DNA of 64,000 nucleotides, taken from the NCBI GenBank assembly GCA_009780695.1, contig WQZN01000011.1:18456-82455 (forward strand), given 5' to 3'. The notes beneath the pieces were generated by a model. That model was not told the origin of the DNA. It saw only the letters and a program-made list of their open reading frames with translations, and did not search any database. Below are positions 10,832-20,738 of this stretch, in pieces. The position numbers were made by a program, and so were the translations under genes. This DNA comes from Microbacteriaceae bacterium. GTDB taxonomy: Bacteria; Actinomycetota; Actinomycetes; Actinomycetales; Microbacteriaceae. Numbering within the stretch: position 1 is the stretch's first letter; every line of letters begins with the position of its first letter.

Positions 10832-11834
10832 CGCGCGGGGCCCCGGTGCTCTCGCGCACCACGAGCGAGGTCGCGAGGTCGACGCGGGCGGCGCGCAACG
10901 GGCGCGCGGCGTCGGCGGCGTCGAGCGCCAGCAGGGCGGCCTGCTCGCCCATCTCGGCGAGCGGCTGCCGCACGGTGGTGAGCGGCGGCCCCGACCAGCG
11001 GGCGATCTGCAGGTCGTCGTAGCCGACGACCGAGACATCCCCGGGCACCGAGAGCCCGAGGGTGCGAGCGGCCTCGAGCACGCCGAGGGCCATGAGGTCG
11101 TTGCCCGCGAAGATCGCGGTGGGCCGGTCATCCCGCATCAGCAAATCGCGGCCCAGCTGCACGCCGTCGCCGCGCAGGAAGTCGCCCCAGACGAGCAACG
11201 ACTCGTCGAACGGCAGTGCCGCGTCCTCGAAGGCGGCACGGAAGCCGGCCACGCGGGCGCGCGAGCACATCATGTCCTGCGGGCCGCCGATCACGGCGAT
11301 GCGGGTGTGGCCGAGCTCGAGCAGGTGGCGCGCGGCGAGCACGCCGCCCGACCAGTTGGCGCTGCCCACCGACGGCACGTCGGGCGCGGGGTCGCCCGCG
11401 GGGTCGAGGACGACGAAGGGGATGCCGCGCAGCGCGAGCCGCGCCTTCGATTCCGCGGGCAGATCGCTGAACACGAGCACGACGCCCGACGGGCGCCGTT
11501 GCACGACCTGGTCGATCCACTCGGGCCCGGGCCGGTGCCGCGTGCCGGTCTCCGACAGCACGACGCTCATGCTGCGGGACGCCGCCGCGCGCTGCACACC
11601 GCGGATGATCTCGATGGCGAACGCCGATTCGACGCGCTCGAAGACGAGCTCGACGAACGGCTGCAGGTGGCGCTCGCCGGGCGGGCTGTAACCGTGGCTG
11701 CGCAGTGCGCGCTCGACCCGCTCGCGGGTCTGCGGCGCGACGCCGGCGCGGCCGTTGAGCACCTTCGACACCGTCGACGGCGAGACCTCGGCATCGCGGG
11801 CGATGTGGCTCAGCGTGGAGGAGGACTTGCTCAT
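10824..11834 (-). CDS. LacI-family regulator (BxlR-like)
   Basis: TLSHIARDAEVSPSTVSKVLNG; DVSVVGYDD, PPLTTVRQP. Confidence 0.92.
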   Translation of the reverse strand: MSKSSSTLSHIARDAEVSPSTVSKVLNGRAGVAPQTRERVERALRSHGYSPPGERHLQPFVELVFERVESAFAIEIIRGVQRAAASRSMSVVLSETGTRHRPGPEWIDQVVQRRPSGVVLVFSDLPAESKARLALRGIPFVVLDPAGDPAPDVPSVGSANWSGGVLAARHLLELGHTRIAVIGGPQDMMCSRARVAGFRAAFEDAALPFDESLLVWGDFLRGDGVQLGRDLLMRDDRPTAIFAGNDLMALGVLEAARTLGLSVPGDVSVVGYDDLQIARWSGPPLTTVRQPLAEMGEQAALLALDAADAARPLRAARVDLATSLVVRESTGAPRVS

Positions 11835-12002
11835 CCGGTCCTGTCCTTCACGAAATCGGTCATAACGCGGCGCGCGGGCCGGGGTGCCGCACGAAGCGGC
11901 TCCCGGCCCGCGAACCAGGCGTTGTCGGGGGTGCTGCGAGCCTTCGAGGCGGAATGCGCCGAACGGCTCACGAAGGCGCCCCCGCCGCCCTTCACCACTG
12001 GG

Positions 12003-12875
12003 TCACCGCCCTGCGAGGGACCCGCCGATGCCGCCGACGCTGAAGTACTTGTTCAGCACCGAGAAGATGATGATCGGCGGGGCCATCATGACGACCGAGA
12101 CGGCCATGACGCTTCCCCAGTCGGCGGCGTTCTGCTGGAAGAAGGTGTTCAGACCGACGGTCAGCGTGTAGTTGACGTCGCTGCGCAGGAACACCAGCGC
12201 CACGAGGTACTCGTTCCAGGCGAGCAGGAACGCGAAGATCGCGGTCGAGAGGATGCCGGGCAGCGAGTTGCGCAGCACGACGCGGCTGAAGCTGCCGAAG
12301 ACGCTCGCACCGTCGATCCAGGCGGCCTCTTCGAGGCTGATCGGGATCGAGTCGAAGTACGCCGCCATCATCCAGATGGCCACCGACATGGTCGCGCCGA
12401 CGTAGATGATCATCACGCCGCCGAGGTTGTCCACCAGGCCGAGGTTCGAGAACAGGATGAACAGCGGGATGACGGCGGTGACGACCGGCAGCGACTGCAC
12501 GACGAAGAGGATCAGCGCGTAGCTGGAAACCCACTTGTTGCGGCCGCGGGACAGCACGTAGCCGGCAGGCGACGCCACGATGATGCACACGACGACCGTG
12601 ACGGCGGCGATCAGCAGGCTGTTCTCGAGCCAGTAGACGACCTCGGTCTGGGTGAACACGTGCGCGAAGTTCTCGAGCGTGAAGCCCGTGGCGGTCGAGT
12701 TCTGCGAGGGCGTGACCGACAGCACGAACACCGCGATGATCGGGATGATCATGATGAGCGTGATCACGAAGATGGCGAGCAGGCGCCACCACTTGCCGCG
12801 CTCCCCCTGCTCGCCGAGACGGCGGCGCTTGGTGGGGACCCCGGCGAGGCGGATGTTTGCGGTTTCGGCGGTCAT
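12003..12875 (-). CDS. Carbohydrate ABC permease (MalG-type)
   Basis: EEAAWIDGA loop, AWNEY; ATGA overlap with the upstream permease. Confidence 0.9.
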   Translation of the reverse strand: MTAETANIRLAGVPTKRRRLGEQGERGKWWRLLAIFVITLIMIIPIIAVFVLSVTPSQNSTATGFTLENFAHVFTQTEVVYWLENSLLIAAVTVVVCIIVASPAGYVLSRGRNKWVSSYALILFVVQSLPVVTAVIPLFILFSNLGLVDNLGGVMIIYVGATMSVAIWMMAAYFDSIPISLEEAAWIDGASVFGSFSRVVLRNSLPGILSTAIFAFLLAWNEYLVALVFLRSDVNYTLTVGLNTFFQQNAADWGSVMAVSVVMMAPPIIIFSVLNKYFSVGGIGGSLAGR

Positions 12876-13837
12876 TCGATGTTCACCTTCTGGATCTGGC
12901 GGTACAGCACCACCGAGACGATCACGAGAACGATCGTCATGAGGAATGCGGTCGCGACACCAGGGCCGACCTGGTTGTTCTGGAACACGGACGAGTAGGC
13001 CTGGACGACGAGCGTCTGGGTCGCGTTGCTCGGACCGCCCGCGGTCAGAAGGAAGATGGTCGGGAAGTCGTTCACGCAGAAGATCGTCATGAGGATCCAG
13101 CTGACGTAGGTCGTGCGCGAGACCATCGGCAGGGTGATGCGCGTGAAGGTCTGCCAGGCGTTGGCGCCGTCGACACGGGATGCCTCGTAGACGTTGGTGT
13201 CCACCGAGGCGAGCGCCGAGCTCATCATCATCATCATGAACGGGAAGCTGATCCACACCTTGAAGATGCAGACCGTGACTCGGGCGAGCGTCGGGTCGGC
13301 GAGGAACAGGACGTTGCCGAAGCCGAGGGCGTGGGCGAGGACGGGAAGGGGCGACTGCGGCGTCGCGACCAGCCAGTTCCACGAGGTCGCCGACACGACG
13401 GTCGGGACGACCCACGGCAGAAGGAGCAGCACCTTCCACATCCCGTTGAGGGGGATGCGGGTGCGCAGCAGCAGCGCGAGGCCGAGGCCGACAGCCCAGC
13501 TGCCGAAGACGCCGACGACCGTGAAGACCAGGGTGAACAGCGCCGCAGTCCAGAACTGCGCCGACGTGAGGACCGACGCATAGTTCTGGAACCACACGAA
13601 GGGACCTGCGTTGACGAGGTCGCCGAAGTGCAGGGACTGCCACCCGGCGTAGATGACGGGGTAGAAGTTGAGCAGGAGCAGCAGCACCACGGACGGCAAG
13701 GCGAAAGCCAGGAACGTGCCGGTGAACTTAACCGCCTTGCCACGCTTCTTGGTCCCGCCGGGTGCACGCCCGGACCCGCTCACCCCTACGCCGTTGCGTG
13801 CCCGCTTGAGGGCCCCGCTGACGGTCTCGGTCGACAT
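12872..13837 (-). CDS. Carbohydrate ABC permease (MalF-type)
   Basis: YEASRVDGA loop, TAGGP; AAGGAG RBS. Confidence 0.9.
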   Translation of the reverse strand: MSTETVSGALKRARNGVGVSGSGRAPGGTKKRGKAVKFTGTFLAFALPSVVLLLLLNFYPVIYAGWQSLHFGDLVNAGPFVWFQNYASVLTSAQFWTAALFTLVFTVVGVFGSWAVGLGLALLLRTRIPLNGMWKVLLLLPWVVPTVVSATSWNWLVATPQSPLPVLAHALGFGNVLFLADPTLARVTVCIFKVWISFPFMMMMMSSALASVDTNVYEASRVDGANAWQTFTRITLPMVSRTTYVSWILMTIFCVNDFPTIFLLTAGGPSNATQTLVVQAYSSVFQNNQVGPGVATAFLMTIVLVIVSVVLYRQIQKVNIE

Positions 13838-13878
13838 TCAAGTACTCCTTTGTGGATGCTGGTGTGTAACAGGGGAAT

Positions 13879-13909
13879 GCGGGTGGGCCCGAGAAACGGG
13901 CCCACCCGC
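13879..13909. terminator. Intra-operon stem-loop after the substrate-binding-protein gene
   Basis: GCGGGTGGGCCCG-AGAAA-CGGGCCCACCCGC, perfect 13-bp stem. Confidence 0.7.
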
Positions 13910-13921
13910 GATTCACACCAT

Positions 13922-15259
13922 TTACTTCATCAGGCCTTCGAGCGTCGTCTGGAAGGCGGTCAGCATCTGCTTGGCCGTCTGACGGTTGCTCGGGGTGAGG
14001 ACCTGCTGCGCGAAGGTGTAGGTCGGCTGGGTGCCGTCCACCGTGTTCGCGACGTTGAAGAAGACACCCGAGTTGCCCGGGGCGCCCCACGTCTTGAAGA
14101 TGCCCGGGGTCACCCAGTCCTGGATGATCTTCTGGTTGTTCGGGTCACCGGAGACGGTCGGGTCGTTCGCGATCGACTTGAGCGGCGGGAGGCCGATGCC
14201 GGTCTTCTGCGTCCAGAGCGGAGCCATGTTCTGGTAGTAGTACGTGATGAGGTCCTGGTTCGCCGTCTTCGACGGGGTGTTGTTCCACATCATCATCGGG
14301 TTCGGGAAGTACAGGAAGCCCTTGTTGCCGCTGGGGCTGGTGAGCGGGTCGGCGACCGCGACCTCGCTCGAGACGGCGCCGGTCACGTTGGCCGCCATGC
14401 CGGCGGTGTCGATGCCGTAGGCGATCTTGTGGTTCTGCCACTGCGTGTACACGTTCTGGTTGGTGTACGTCGACGAGGCCGGGTCCGAGTAGCCCTGGCG
14501 GACGAGCTCGAGCACGAAGTCGAGCGCTTCCTCGTTGGCCGCGGTGTCCGCAGCGGGCTTCTGGTTGCTGTCGAACCAGCCGCCGCCGTTGTTGATCATG
14601 AAGCCGGTGATGGCGTGGAAGCCGATGTTGTTACCGGCACCCGAGCCGACACCGAAGCCGTAGATGCCCTTGGTCTTCAGCGTGGCGCAGACGGTCTTGT
14701 ACTCGTCCCACGTGGTGGGGATCTGGAGGCCGTACTGGGTGAACAGCTTCTTGTTGTACCAAGCCGGACGGACGTCGAGGTTGTAGGGAACACCGGTGGT
14801 GCCCTCGGTCGTCTTCAGCGCGTCGAGCATGCCCGGCAGGAAGTCGTCCTTCAGGCCGTTGGTGGTCCAGGCGCCGTTGATCAGGTCGTCCATGTACTGG
14901 ATCTTGCCGTCGTGGGCGTAGAGCACCGAGGTGGTGCCACCGCCCGAGCTGACGGCCGGGCCGGTGTTCGACGACGCACCGGTCGCGAACTGGGTGGTGA
15001 AGTTCGCCCACTGGATCTGCTGGTAGGACGCGGTGAAGCCGCCCTTCTTGAAGCCAGCGATGATCTTCTTGTCCTCGGTCAGGAACGCCGGGGTGCCCCA
15101 CGGCATGTTCCAGAACTTCAGAACCCCACCCGAGGCGTTGCCGCCACCGGTGCTGCCACCCGTGCGGGTGCAAGCGGCGAGGAGGGTGGTGGCCGCAATA
15201 CCGCCGGCGGCACCGATGAACGCGCGCCGCGTGAAAGCGGCACCCGACTGCTGTGTCAT
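13922..15259 (-). CDS. Sugar ABC substrate-binding lipoprotein (Tat-type signal)
   Basis: TRRAFIG twin-arginine motif, LAAC lipobox, WYNKKLF, PTTWDE. Confidence 0.9.
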   Translation of the reverse strand: MTQQSGAAFTRRAFIGAAGGIAATTLLAACTRTGGSTGGGNASGGVLKFWNMPWGTPAFLTEDKKIIAGFKKGGFTASYQQIQWANFTTQFATGASSNTGPAVSSGGGTTSVLYAHDGKIQYMDDLINGAWTTNGLKDDFLPGMLDALKTTEGTTGVPYNLDVRPAWYNKKLFTQYGLQIPTTWDEYKTVCATLKTKGIYGFGVGSGAGNNIGFHAITGFMINNGGGWFDSNQKPAADTAANEEALDFVLELVRQGYSDPASSTYTNQNVYTQWQNHKIAYGIDTAGMAANVTGAVSSEVAVADPLTSPSGNKGFLYFPNPMMMWNNTPSKTANQDLITYYYQNMAPLWTQKTGIGLPPLKSIANDPTVSGDPNNQKIIQDWVTPGIFKTWGAPGNSGVFFNVANTVDGTQPTYTFAQQVLTPSNRQTAKQMLTAFQTTLEGLMK

Positions 15260-15356
15260 CAGTCGATCCTTCCGTCCCGTCTTGGTACGGGACATTTGCT
15301 CTTCGTTGAACAAAAAGTTTCCGAGCAGGTCTCGGGTGTCACGGAGTGACGAGGCC

Positions 15357-15386
15357 ATTTTTAGCTGGGGTGATCAGGGATGTCAA
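15357..15386 (-). promoter_or_regulatory. SigA-like promoter for the ABC operon
   Basis: TTGACA-N17-TAAAAA(T) on the minus strand. Confidence 0.5.
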
Positions 15387-15496
15387 TGTGAGCCACATGG
15401 GTGGCGACACTGGCTCCGAAGCGCCCACGAGCACCCCTTTTGGGGGTGAACGGTTTGCCGATCCCCTGGTCAGGAAGGATTTCCAGACCCGGAAAC

Positions 15497-15525
15497 TAAC
15501 CGGTTCAGTTACTGAACCGCTTCAG
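15497..15525. promoter_or_regulatory. Tandem LacI-type operators
   Basis: TAACCGGTTCA and CTGAACCGCTTCAG, both CG-centred palindromes. Confidence 0.6.
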
Positions 15526-15734
15526 AAATAGTACATGATCCGCAATCCCGCCAGGACTCCCCGTTCGGAGGCACAAGGCAGGAAACTTTTCGTGCCAATC
15601 TTCGCATACTTTCGAAGCGGGTGAGGAAAACAGCGCATCAGGGCAGAAAAACCACGCGGCGCGCCGGGCGGATGTCCCACCCGACGCGCCGCGTCGCGGG
15701 CCGTGCTGGGGCGCACGGCACCGTTGTGAATTCG

Positions 15735-18161
15735 TTAGCCGTTCGAGACCGAAACCCCGACCACACGGGCGTCGGCGAGCGTCACCGCGTACTTCTCGCC
15801 CGTCAGGGCGACGGTCTTGCGCGGCGTCGCCGCGCCGCCCAGGTCGCGCACGGCGGCCTTCTTGTCGTTGACGATGGCTCCGCCCGTCGAGTCCTCCACG
15901 GCGTCGTCCTTGGCGGGCGCGATGCCCGCGTGGGCGGCCACCCAGAGCTCGACGTCGCCCGGCTCGACGACCTTGGTCATCGAGCGGTCGGTGAACGCGA
16001 AGCGCGCCGTCGGAACGGTGAAGCTCACCCGTGCCGATGCGCCGGCCTCGAGCTCGACGCGGGCGTAGCCCACGAGGAACTCCGTCGGGCGCACGATCGA
16101 GCCGTGCACGTCGTGGCCGTAGAGCTGCACGACGTCGGCGCCGGCGCGCTCGCCCGTGTTGCTGACGGTGACCGACGCCGTGAGCACGCCGCCCGCGGCG
16201 ACGGCGCTCTCGACCTCGAGCGCGCTGTAGGCGAAGGAGGTGTAGCCGAGGCCGTAGCCGAAGGGGCGCGTCGGGGTCGAGTCGGTCGACGTGACATCCG
16301 ACGAGCCGCCGAGGATCGGGTGGCTGTAGGTGTACGGCTGCGCGCCGGTCGAGCGCGGCATCGAGACGGGCAGGCGACCCGAGGGGTTCGCCGCGCCCGT
16401 GATGACGTCGGCGATCGCGAGGCCGCCGCCCTCGCCCGGGAAGAAGGCCTGCAGCACCGCGGCGGGCTTGGCGCCCGCGCCGTCGAGCGCCCACGCGACC
16501 GCGTAGGGGCGCCCGGTCAGCAGCACGAGCACGGTCGGGGTGCCCGTCGCGACGACGGCCTCGACCAGCTCGCGCTGCACGCCGGGCAGCTCGAGCGACT
16601 CGGCGTCGTTGCCCTCGCCGACCGTGCCGCGGCCGAAGAGGCCGGCCTGGTCGCCGACGACGACGATCGCGACGTCGGCGGATGCCGCGGCATCCGTCGC
16701 CTCGGCGAAGCCCGACGTGTCGGCGCTCTCGTTGTCCGAGCCCGCGGCGAAGACGAGCTCGGGCACGGCCGCGTCGGCGCCCGCGAACGCCTGCGGCAGC
16801 GCCTCGAAGACGGTCGGGATCTCGAAGCCCAGCTCGTAGCCCGGGTGGTGCGCGAGCACGTGGTTCGCGAACGAATAGCAGCCCTGCAGCGCCTCGGCGC
16901 GGTGGGCGTTCGGGCCGATCACGGCGACCTTGGCGGGCGCGGCGAGGGGCAGCACGCCGTCGTTGGAGAGCAGCACGATGGACTCCTCGGCGAGCTTGCG
17001 CGCGAGGCGCTGGTGCTCGGGCGAGTCGAGGTCGATGTCGGTCGGCGGCTCGTCCTCGTAGACGTCGGGCTCGAGCAGGCCGAGCTCCTCCTTCTGGCGC
17101 AGGAAGCGCAGCACGGCGCGGTCGACGTAGGCCTCGTCGAACTCGCCCGCGCGAATGCGGTTCGCGAGCGGCTCGAGGTAGGCGTCGCCCGTGGGCAGCT
17201 CGATGTCGATGCCCGCCGTGAGCGCGAGCGCCGCGGCCTCGCCGCGGTCGGCGGCGACGGCGTGCATGACCTCGAGGAACGCGACCGCGAAGTAGTCGGC
17301 GACCACCACGCCGTCGAAGCCGAGCCGCTCGCGCAGCACGTCGGTCAGGTACTCCTCGTGGGCGGCCATCGGGATGCCGTCGACGTCGACGTACGCGTTC
17401 ATCACGCTCTTGACGCCGCCGTCGGCGATCGCCATCTCGAACGGCGGCAGATAGCGGTCGGCGACCTCGCGCGGCCCGGCGAAGACCGGCGCATGGTTGC
17501 GGCCGGCGCGCGAGCGCGAGTAGCCGACGAAGTGCTTCAGGGTCGCGTGGATGCCCTCCGACTGCAGGCCCTTCACATACGCGGTGCCGACGGTGCCGAC
17601 GAGGTACGGGTCCTCGCCGATGCACTCGTCGACGCGGCCCCAGCGCGGGTCCGAGATCACGTCGACGACGGGCGCGAGGCCCTGGTGGATGCCGAGCTGG
17701 GCCATCGACCTGCCGATTGCGGCGCCGACCTCCTCGACGAGCTCGGGGTCGAAGGACGCGCCCCAGGCGAGCGGCGTCGGGAACGTCGCTGCCTTCCACG
17801 CGGCGAGGCCGGTGAGGCACTCCTCGTGCACGAGCGCGGGGATGCCGAGGCGGGTCTCGCGCTTGAGGCGGCGCTGCTCGTTCCACAGCCACGCGGCACG
17901 GTCGGCCGGCTCCACCGGGCGGGTGCCGTACACACGGGTGTACTGGCCGAGGCCGTCCTTCGTGATGTCCGAGAGCTCCTCGCTGCCCTTCTGCCCGGCG
18001 GACATCTCACCCTGCATGGGGGCGACGACGCCGTTCTGATCGAGCCAGTAGCCGACGAGCTGAGCCAGCTTCTCCTCGAGGGTCATCTGTGCGTGCAGTG
18101 CCGCGACTCGTTCCGAGACGATCGGCATCGCGGCGGGAGCGCCGCCTTCGGTGGTGGTCAT
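15735..18161 (-). CDS. GH3 beta-xylosidase/beta-glucosidase (BxlA-like, cytoplasmic)
   Basis: MTLEEK, HEECLTG, DPRWGR, ATLKHF, VVADY nucleophile, FGYGLGYT, FnIII-like tail; no signal peptide. Confidence 0.92.
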   Translation of the reverse strand: MTTTEGGAPAAMPIVSERVAALHAQMTLEEKLAQLVGYWLDQNGVVAPMQGEMSAGQKGSEELSDITKDGLGQYTRVYGTRPVEPADRAAWLWNEQRRLKRETRLGIPALVHEECLTGLAAWKAATFPTPLAWGASFDPELVEEVGAAIGRSMAQLGIHQGLAPVVDVISDPRWGRVDECIGEDPYLVGTVGTAYVKGLQSEGIHATLKHFVGYSRSRAGRNHAPVFAGPREVADRYLPPFEMAIADGGVKSVMNAYVDVDGIPMAAHEEYLTDVLRERLGFDGVVVADYFAVAFLEVMHAVAADRGEAAALALTAGIDIELPTGDAYLEPLANRIRAGEFDEAYVDRAVLRFLRQKEELGLLEPDVYEDEPPTDIDLDSPEHQRLARKLAEESIVLLSNDGVLPLAAPAKVAVIGPNAHRAEALQGCYSFANHVLAHHPGYELGFEIPTVFEALPQAFAGADAAVPELVFAAGSDNESADTSGFAEATDAAASADVAIVVVGDQAGLFGRGTVGEGNDAESLELPGVQRELVEAVVATGTPTVLVLLTGRPYAVAWALDGAGAKPAAVLQAFFPGEGGGLAIADVITGAANPSGRLPVSMPRSTGAQPYTYSHPILGGSSDVTSTDSTPTRPFGYGLGYTSFAYSALEVESAVAAGGVLTASVTVSNTGERAGADVVQLYGHDVHGSIVRPTEFLVGYARVELEAGASARVSFTVPTARFAFTDRSMTKVVEPGDVELWVAAHAGIAPAKDDAVEDSTGGAIVNDKKAAVRDLGGAATPRKTVALTGEKYAVTLADARVVGVSVSNG

Positions 18162-18330
18162 CGTGGTGCTTTGCCCTTCACGGCGCCGGTCAGTCCGCCC
18201 TCGATCCGGCGCTCGAAGAGAGTGAGGAAGATCGGCGCGAGCACCGTCGGGAACGGCATGGACGCGAGGATCTTGGCGGTGTCAGCAGAGTACTGGGAAG
18301 AGGAGGCACGCACACCCCGCGGCGGGCGCG
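18158..18330 (-). pseudogene. C-terminal remnant of a sugar ABC permease (BxlG-like)
   Basis: Translates ...SSQYSADTAKILA...LTLFERRIEGGLTGAVKG, a typical MalG-type C-terminus, with no upstream body. Confidence 0.7.
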
Positions 18331-18362
18331 TCGTCGCCTGTCCGGGCGGATAGCCTTGCGTC

Positions 18363-19391
18363 ATGAGCGATGACGCCGAGGCCCGCCATGTCGTGGGGCG
18401 GGTGACGATCACCGACGTCGCGCGTGAGGCCGGGGTCTCGGTCGCCACGGTCTCGAAGGTCGTCAACGGCCGCTACGGCGTCGCGCCGGGCACCTTCGAG
18501 CGGGTCATGGCCATCGTCACGAGGCTGGGGTACGAGACATCCCTCGTCGCCAGCAGCCTGCGCCGCCGCCAGACCAACGTGATCGGCGTGCTGGTCACGG
18601 AGTTCGAGCCGTATTCCGCCGAGCTGCTCAAGGGCATCGGCGCCGCGGCGCACGGCACGGGCTACGAGCTGCTCGCCTATTCGGGCTGGGCGGATGACGC
18701 GCCGCCCGTCGGCTGGGAGCGCCGCTCGCTCTCGCGCCTGGCCGGAACGCTCATCGACGGCGCGATCCTCGTCACCCCCACCGTGCTGCTGCCCGACACC
18801 TCGATCCCGGTCGTCGCGATCGACCCGCACACGGGCAGCGGCGGCCCCTCGACGATCGACTCCGACAACGTCGGCGGCGCCCGCGCGGCGACCGAGCACC
18901 TGATCGCGCTCGGGCACACGCGCATCGCGCACCTGCGCGGCCGCGCGGACCTCGAGTCGTCCCGCCTGCGCGAGGCGGGCTACCGTGACGCGCTGCAGGC
19001 GGCCGGGCTGCCCCATGACCCGGCTCTCGTGCTCGCGGGCGACTACCGCCACGCCGACGGCGCGTCCAGCGCCCGCCTGCTGCTGCAGCGCCCCGACCGC
19101 CCGACCGCGATCTTCGCGGCGAACGACCTGTCGGCCCTCGGCGCCATGTCGGCCGCGCGCGAGCTCGGGCTGCGCGTGCCGCAGGACGTCTCGATCATCG
19201 GTTTCGACGACATCCCCGAGGCGGCGCGCGGCCGCCTCTCGACGATCGCGCAGCCGCTGCACGAGATGGGCGCGATGGCGCTGCGCATGCTCGTCGGCCA
19301 GCTCGCCGGGGGCGCCGCGGAGCAGCAGCACGGGCACCTCAGCGCCGAGCTGATCGTCCGCGACACCACTGCCGCGCCGCCCGCGCTCTGA
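18363..19391 (+). CDS. LacI-family regulator
   Basis: VTITDVAREAGVSVATVSKVVNG, DVSIIGFDD. Confidence 0.92.
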   Translation: MSDDAEARHVVGRVTITDVAREAGVSVATVSKVVNGRYGVAPGTFERVMAIVTRLGYETSLVASSLRRRQTNVIGVLVTEFEPYSAELLKGIGAAAHGTGYELLAYSGWADDAPPVGWERRSLSRLAGTLIDGAILVTPTVLLPDTSIPVVAIDPHTGSGGPSTIDSDNVGGARAATEHLIALGHTRIAHLRGRADLESSRLREAGYRDALQAAGLPHDPALVLAGDYRHADGASSARLLLQRPDRPTAIFAANDLSALGAMSAARELGLRVPQDVSIIGFDDIPEAARGRLSTIAQPLHEMGAMALRMLVGQLAGGAAEQQHGHLSAELIVRDTTAAPPAL

Positions 19392-19472
19392 ACCGGCCGT
19401 CGGCCCTTCCCGGCGTCCGGCGCCGGTGATACGTTCGGCCCGCAACCGTTTTCTCCGGGGAGAGACCAGCCG

Positions 19473-20738
19473 ATGCAGCTTGCGTCCTGTCGCGCAGAAC
19501 AGCCCGCCCACCGGCTCGGCGATGCCGTCGTCACCGTGACGGATGCCACGGGCGAACCCCTGCGCGACGCCGAGGTGACCGTCGCCCAGACGCGCCACGC
19601 CTTCGGCTTCGGCAACATCGGCTTCGACTTCATCGGCTACGCGAACGGGGCCGGGCGCGAGGGCGACGCCGAGCTCGCCGAGGCGTACACCGAGCTGTTC
19701 AACTGGGCGACGCTCCCCTTCTACTGGGGGCGCTTCGAGCCCGAGCGCGGGCGCCCCGACACGGCCCGGCTCAGGAAGACCGCCGAGTGGTTCCGGTCTC
19801 AGGGGGTCGCCCTGAAGGGGCATCCGCTCGTCTGGCACACGGTCCAGCCGCCGTGGCTGCTCGGGCTGCCGCTCGATGAGGTCGAGAGGCTGCAGCGCGA
19901 GCGCATCCGCCGCGACGTCGCCGACTTCGCGGGCCTCATCGACACGTGGGACGCGATCAACGAGGCCGTGATCATGCCGGTCTTCGACAACGGCGACAAC
20001 GCGATCACACCGCTCGCGCGGGCCAGGGGCCGCATCCCGATGATCCGCATGGCCTTCGAAGAGGCGCGCGCGACGAACCCGGCCGCGACGCTGCTGATCA
20101 ACGACTTCGACCTGTCGAGCGCATACGAGTGCCTGATCGAGGGCGTGCTCGAGGCCGGCATCCGCATCGACGCCATCGGGCTGCAGACGCACATGCACCA
20201 GGGCTACTGGGGCGAGGACACGATGCTCGCCATGGTCGACCGCTTCGCGCGCTACGGCCTGCCGCTGCACCTCACCGAGAACTCGCTCGTGTCGGGCCAC
20301 ATCATGCCGGCCGACGTCGTCGACCTGAACGACTACCGGATCCCCTCCTGGCCGTCGACGGACGAGGGCGAGGCGCGGCAGGCCGCCGAGCTGGCGCGCC
20401 ACTACAGCTCCCTCGTCGGGCATCCCGCCGTCGAGTCGATCACCTATTGGGGCATCACGGATGCCGGCGCCTGGCTCGGCGCGCCGATCGGGCTCGTGCG
20501 CGCCGACGGCTCGCGCAAGCCCGCGCACGCCGCCTTGAAGGCACTGATCAAGGGCGATTGGTGGCTGCCGCGGACCGTGCTGCGCACGGATGCGGAGGGC
20601 CGCTTCGGCCTGCGTGGATTCGCGGGGGATTACGAGGTCGGGGCCACTGGAAGTTCCGCGCGATCCGCGATATGTTTATCGCAACAACAAAATCAATCTG
20701 TCCACCTCACCATGGAAGTTGAAGGGCAAATCCAATGA
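19473..20738 (+). CDS. GH10 endo-xylanase-like protein (no signal peptide)
   Basis: [14 protein letters not shown] acid/base, LLIND, IGLQTH, LHLTE nucleophile. Confidence 0.85.
   Translation: MQLASCRAEQPAHRLGDAVVTVTDATGEPLRDAEVTVAQTRHAFGFGNIGFDFIGYANGAGREGDAELAEAYTELFNWATLPFYWGRFEPERGRPDTARLRKTAEWFRSQGVALKGHPLVWHTVQPPWLLGLPLDEVERLQRERIRRDVADFAGLIDTWDAINEAVIMPVFDNGDNAITPLARARGRIPMIRMAFEEARATNPAATLLINDFDLSSAYECLIEGVLEAGIRIDAIGLQTHMHQGYWGEDTMLAMVDRFARYGLPLHLTENSLVSGHIMPADVVDLNDYRIPSWPSTDEGEARQAAELARHYSSLVGHPAVESITYWGITDAGAWLGAPIGLVRADGSRKPAHAALKALIKGDWWLPRTVLRTDAEGRFGLRGFAGDYEVGATGSSARSAICLSQQQNQSVHLTMEVEGQIQ
20670..20693. promoter_or_regulatory. Putative ROK/XylR-type operator upstream of xylA
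   Basis: AT-rich imperfect inverted repeat ATATGTT...AACAAAAT about 40 nt before xylA. Confidence 0.45.

Noticed and set aside
12003-15259. Horizontal acquisition of the ABC operon based on slightly different codon style
   Set aside because: Could reflect high expression and amino-acid composition; no boundary repeats or mobility genes seen.
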